Source: Burkholderiales bacterium
GTDB lineage: Bacteria; Pseudomonadota; Gammaproteobacteria; Burkholderiales; JACQAP01
Reading direction: 5' to 3'
Length of the DNA stretch: 64,000 nt
NCBI GenBank assembly: GCA_046155535.1
Contig: JBJXFN010000155.1
Coordinates: 635-64,634 of the forward strand
The notes under the pieces were generated by a model, which saw only the letters and a program-made list of their open reading frames with translations, ran no database searches and was not told the origin of the DNA. Shown here piece after piece: positions 60,518-64,000 of this stretch; within the stretch, counting starts at the first letter, position 1, and every line of letters begins with the position of its first letter. The translations under genes were made by a program, and so were the position numbers.

Positions 60518-62422
60518 TCAATTGTTGTCCAGAAAACTGCGCAGCCGCTCGGAACGCGAGGGATGGCGCAACTTGCGCAAGGCCTTGGCTTCGATCTGGC
60601 GGATGCGCTCGCGAGTAACGTCGAACTGCTTGCCGACTTCTTCCAGGGTGTGGTCGGTATTCATTTCGATGCCGAATCGCATGCGCAGCACCTTGGCTTC
60701 GCGCGGCGTCAGCGTATCCAGCACTTCCTTGGTGGCATCGCGCAGGCTCGTGTACACCGCCGCGTCCGAGGGCGCCATGGTGGCCTGATCCTCAATGAAA
60801 TCGCCAAGATGGGAATCGTCGTCGTCGCCGATCGGCGTTTCCATGGAAATCGGTTCCTTGGAGATTTTCAGAATCTTGCGGATTTTTTCTTCCGGCATCT
60901 CCATTTTTTCCGCCAGCGTCGAGGGATCGGGCTCCTGCCCGGTTTCCTGCAGAATCTGGCGCGAGATCCGGTTCATCTTGTTGATGGTTTCGATCATGTG
61001 TACCGGAATGCGAATTGTGCGCGCCTGATCGGCGATGGAACGGGTGATCGCCTGACGGATCCACCACGTCGCATAAGTCGAGAATTTGTAGCCGCGGCGG
61101 TATTCGAATTTGTCCACCGCCTTCATCAGCCCGATGTTGCCTTCCTGAATCAGATCGAGGAACTGCAGGCCGCGGTTGGTGTATTTCTTGGCGATGGAAA
61201 TCACCAGTCGCAAATTGGCTTCGGTCATTTCGCGCTTGGCACGCCGGGCCTTGGCTTCGCCCGTGGACATCTGGCGGTTGATTTCCTTCAGGTCCCGGAC
61301 CGGAATGCCCACGCGTTTCTGCAGATCGATGAGGGATTGCTGCTGTTCCAGAATGGCGGGCGCAAACCGCGTCAACACTTCGCTGTAGGGCTTGCGTGAC
61401 TGCGCTTCGCGGCCGACCCAGTGCAGGTCTTCTTCGTTGCCCGGGAAGGTCTTGATGAAATAGATCCGCGGCATGGCGGCCTTCTCCACGCACAACTCCA
61501 TGATCGCGCGCTCATAGGTGCGCACCTCTTCCACCAGTCCGCGCAGACCATCACACAAGGCCTCAACCTGCTTGGCGGCGAATCGGATCAGCATCAGCTC
61601 CTTAGAAATTTCTTCCTGGGCCTTGAGGTAGGAGCGACTGCGCGAACCATTTTTCGCCAGCGTCTTCATCATTTTGTTGTACAGCACGCGAATGCGGGCA
61701 AAGCGCTCCAGGGCGTCGGCCTTCAACCTGAGCATGTTGGCGTTCTGCACCGCGGCGCCGTCATCATCCTCGCCTTCTTCGGTGTCCAGTTCGCCTTCCA
61801 GCTCTTCTTCCGGAATTTCCTCAGCAATGGCTTCTTCCGGCGCATTGGGGTCGATCACGCCGTCCACCACTTCGTCGATACGCATTTCCTCGCGTTCGAT
61901 TTTCTCCGCGAACTGCAAAATGTCCTGGATCGTGGTCGGGCAGGCGGCAATCGCCATGATCATGTGCTTGAGCCCGTCCTCAATGCGTTTGGCGATTTCG
62001 ATTTCGCCTTCGCGGGTCAGCAATTCCACCGAGCCCATCTCGCGCATGTACATGCGGACCGGATCGGTGGTGCGACCAAATTCGGAATCCACCGTGGACA
62101 AGGCCTGTTCGGCCTCTTCGACCACGTCTTCGTCCGGCGCGACAGCAGGCGTGGCCTCGTTCATCAACAAGGTCTCGGCATCCGGGGCCTCGTCATAGAC
62201 CTGGATGCCCATGTCGTTGATCATGCTGATGATGTTCTCGATCTGCTCGGCATCCAACATGTCGTCGGGCAGATGATCGTTGATCTCGGCGTAGGTCAGA
62301 TAACCGCGTTCCTTGCCGAGCACGATCAGATTCTTCAGCCGCATGCGCCGTGCTTCGGCGTCGATTGGCTGCTGGGCCGCTACCTGCTCCTTGATCTGAT
62401 CCTTGCGCTTTTCCCTTGCCAT
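60518..62422 (-). CDS. rpoD: RNA polymerase primary sigma factor sigma-70
   Basis: ATG at 62422 ([13 protein letters not shown]...). Regions 1.1-4.2 are present, including the acidic spacer, [57 protein letters not shown] (region 2) and [28 protein letters not shown] (region 4.2). Confidence 0.95.
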   Translation of the reverse strand: MAREKRKDQIKEQVAAQQPIDAEARRMRLKNLIVLGKERGYLTYAEINDHLPDDMLDAEQIENIISMINDMGIQVYDEAPDAETLLMNEATPAVAPDEDVVEEAEQALSTVDSEFGRTTDPVRMYMREMGSVELLTREGEIEIAKRIEDGLKHMIMAIAACPTTIQDILQFAEKIEREEMRIDEVVDGVIDPNAPEEAIAEEIPEEELEGELDTEEGEDDDGAAVQNANMLRLKADALERFARIRVLYNKMMKTLAKNGSRSRSYLKAQEEISKELMLIRFAAKQVEALCDGLRGLVEEVRTYERAIMELCVEKAAMPRIYFIKTFPGNEEDLHWVGREAQSRKPYSEVLTRFAPAILEQQQSLIDLQKRVGIPVRDLKEINRQMSTGEAKARRAKREMTEANLRLVISIAKKYTNRGLQFLDLIQEGNIGLMKAVDKFEYRRGYKFSTYATWWIRQAITRSIADQARTIRIPVHMIETINKMNRISRQILQETGQEPDPSTLAEKMEMPEEKIRKILKISKEPISMETPIGDDDDSHLGDFIEDQATMAPSDAAVYTSLRDATKEVLDTLTPREAKVLRMRFGIEMNTDHTLEEVGKQFDVTRERIRQIEAKALRKLRHPSRSERLRSFLDNN

Positions 62423-62504
62423 GGGTTTTTTTCCCTTGAAAACAATTACCTGAGGTGCGGCCGCCAAAAAGAACCGCGCATTATACCGGAGTCACTCCCC
62501 ACTT

Positions 62505-64000
62505 TCATTTTGTCGCCGCGCGTTGTTGAAGCCGCAGTATTTCTTCCTTTTCTTCGTTCGACCATTCTTGAAGCTTGCTCTTTTCGAGCAAGGCTTTTAT
62601 CCGCGCGTCGCGAAAACGTTCATTCAACTGCGACCACGCGCCGGAAAAATCGGTATCGAGTTCTTCCGCTTGATGCGATTCGTAAAGCAACGACCCGGTT
62701 TCGATTTCCGCCGCCAGGCTCTCAAAGGGGTCACCGCGAAAATTTTCTGCGATACCCCGCGATTGCGGATTAGCGCGACACAGCTCTACCAGGCGCGCCA
62801 GAAAACTCAGGTCCGAAGCCGGAATATCGCTCACACCGGTTTCCGCATGCTCTCGGAGTCGCCCTGCATCCACATTCATGGCGAGCGAAGGTCGAACCAC
62901 CAGCATTTCGGCGAGTTTCCGGCAGATCGACGGTGTCACCGCGGCCCGGCGCTGGGGCATCTGCCGTGTTGCGATGGATTTGATCTCGAAACTGTGATCG
63001 AGTTCGGACTGCGAAATTTGCGCCAGCTGCGCAATCTGCTTGCGCAGCATGAGCGAAAGCATTGGCGCCTGAATCTGCTTGACCAGCGGTTTGGCCTCCT
63101 GCAGAAACCGGGCCCGTCCTTCGACGGTCCGCAGGTCCACCCGGCCACTCAACTCCTGCACCAGAAAACCAGAAAGCGGTTGCGCCGCTTCCAGTTGCCG
63201 TTCGAAATCTTCTTTCCCCTGTCGCCGCACGTAGCTGTCGGGATCGTCTTCCGCCGGCAGAAAAAGAAATCCGATGCGTTTGCCGTCTTGCAGCGGCGCG
63301 AGGCTGTTTTCCAGCGCGCGCCAGGCAGCGCGGCGCCCGGCGGCATCACCGTCAAAACAATAAATCACGTGATCGGTCTGGCGCAGCAGTTTCTGCACCT
63401 GAATCGGCGTGGTCGCCGTGCCCAGCGTGGCCACCGCATAGCCGATGCCAAACTGCGCCAGCGCCACGACGTCCATGTAACCTTCCACCACGATGACCTT
63501 TGCCGCATCACGAATGGCAGTACGCGCCTGGAACAATCCGTAGAGTTCGCGGCCCTTTTCGAACAGGGGCGTTTCCGGAGAGTTCAGATATTTCGGCTCG
63601 CCGCTGTCGAGCACCCTTCCGCCAAACCCGACGACCAATCCGCGCTGATTGTGGATCGGGAAAATCACCCTGTCCCGGAACCGGTCGTATCGCCGGCCCT
63701 GTTCGTTGGTGATCACCAGGCCGGCATCGCCCAGCGACTTGTCCTGATAATCGGGAAACACCGCCTCCAGGTTTTGCCAACCGTCCGGCGCGTACCCGAG
63801 CATGTATCGCGCAGCGATTTCGCCGCTGACGCCGCGGCCCTTGAGATAACCGACGGCCCGCTCTGAACCCTTGAGTTGGATCTTGAAATACTGCGCAGCC
63901 TTGACCATGACCTCACCCAGATCGACCTCGGCAGCCGCTTTTTCCATCTGTCGCGCATCGGGTGCCTGCTCGGGCACCTTCATGCCGACCCGCCCCGCGA
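62505..64000 (-). CDS. dnaG: DNA primase, N-terminus (zinc-finger region) runs off the window end
   Basis: It has a Toprim/RNA-polymerase core (VIFPIHNQRGLVVGFGGR, VVEGYMDVVAL, YCFDGDAAGRRAA). The frame remains open upstream of the first in-window Met (..AGRVGMKVPE) to position 64000. It lies immediately upstream of rpoD, as in the classical operon. Confidence 0.9.
   Translation of the reverse strand, partial: AGRVGMKVPEQAPDARQMEKAAAEVDLGEVMVKAAQYFKIQLKGSERAVGYLKGRGVSGEIAARYMLGYAPDGWQNLEAVFPDYQDKSLGDAGLVITNEQGRRYDRFRDRVIFPIHNQRGLVVGFGGRVLDSGEPKYLNSPETPLFEKGRELYGLFQARTAIRDAAKVIVVEGYMDVVALAQFGIGYAVATLGTATTPIQVQKLLRQTDHVIYCFDGDAAGRRAAWRALENSLAPLQDGKRIGFLFLPAEDDPDSYVRRQGKEDFERQLEAAQPLSGFLVQELSGRVDLRTVEGRARFLQEAKPLVKQIQAPMLSLMLRKQIAQLAQISQSELDHSFEIKSIATRQMPQRRAAVTPSICRKLAEMLVVRPSLAMNVDAGRLREHAETGVSDIPASDLSFLARLVELCRANPQSRGIAENFRGDPFESLAAEIETGSLLYESHQAEELDTDFSGAWSQLNERFRDARIKALLEKSKLQEWSNEEKEEILRLQQRAATK

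Noticed and set aside
60452-63866. Long plus-strand ORFs 60452..61399, 61421..62773 and 62523..63866
   Set aside because: They are antisense to rpoD and dnaG, and their translations are low complexity (F/L/R/H/Q-rich).
1-64000. CRISPR arrays, IS elements or transposases, rRNA genes, toxin-antitoxin pairs and classical defence genes
   Set aside because: I scanned the intergenic regions and the ORF translations and found no regularly spaced direct repeats, no DDE/HUH transposase or intact integrase motifs, no rRNA-like segments and no recognisable nuclease/helicase defence modules. The only tandem repeat noted is the 19-mer pair at 53273-53324.

Overview
64 kb of a moderately GC-rich (hand-sampled lines about 50-63% GC) proteobacterial chromosome. 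A Bug/TctC-family binding protein and the overall gene content suggest Betaproteobacteria, but that is inference only. I support about 55 protein genes, one tRNA, several intrinsic terminators and a few candidate regulatory or RNA elements. Housekeeping anchors are parE-parC (topoisomerase IV) at 17.1-21.6 kb and dnaG-rpoD-tRNA-Ile(CAU) at 60.4-64 kb. Accessory content includes a five-gene translationally coupled MoxR/DUF58/BatA/VWA operon (41.4-49.3 kb) and an orphan partner-switching module (STAS, MBL-fold, CHASE2-PP2C, RsbW-like kinase) interrupted by a FecR-OmpA pair (36.1-41.4 kb). It also includes two His-rich Ni/Co-transporter-like genes bracketing beta-propeller and lactonase genes (27-32.7 kb) and a DUF1800/DUF1501 pair. 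The most unusual region is a roughly 7.6 kb segment (52.7-60.4 kb). It is much more GC-rich and is bounded by the tRNA-Ile(CAU) gene and a decayed direct copy of its 3' half. It carries a four-gene translationally coupled operon built around a 1739-aa lipoprotein. This protein fuses a complete galactose-oxidase-type copper-radical oxidase to carbohydrate-binding-type modules, a YVTN beta-propeller, a di-haem cytochrome c peroxidase domain and a PA14 domain, and is followed by a monohaem cytochrome c and an SCO1/SenC copper chaperone. All family calls come from reading motifs by eye; no database search was run. Many long ORFs in the supplied track are antisense or out-of-frame shadows typical of GC-rich DNA and were rejected.
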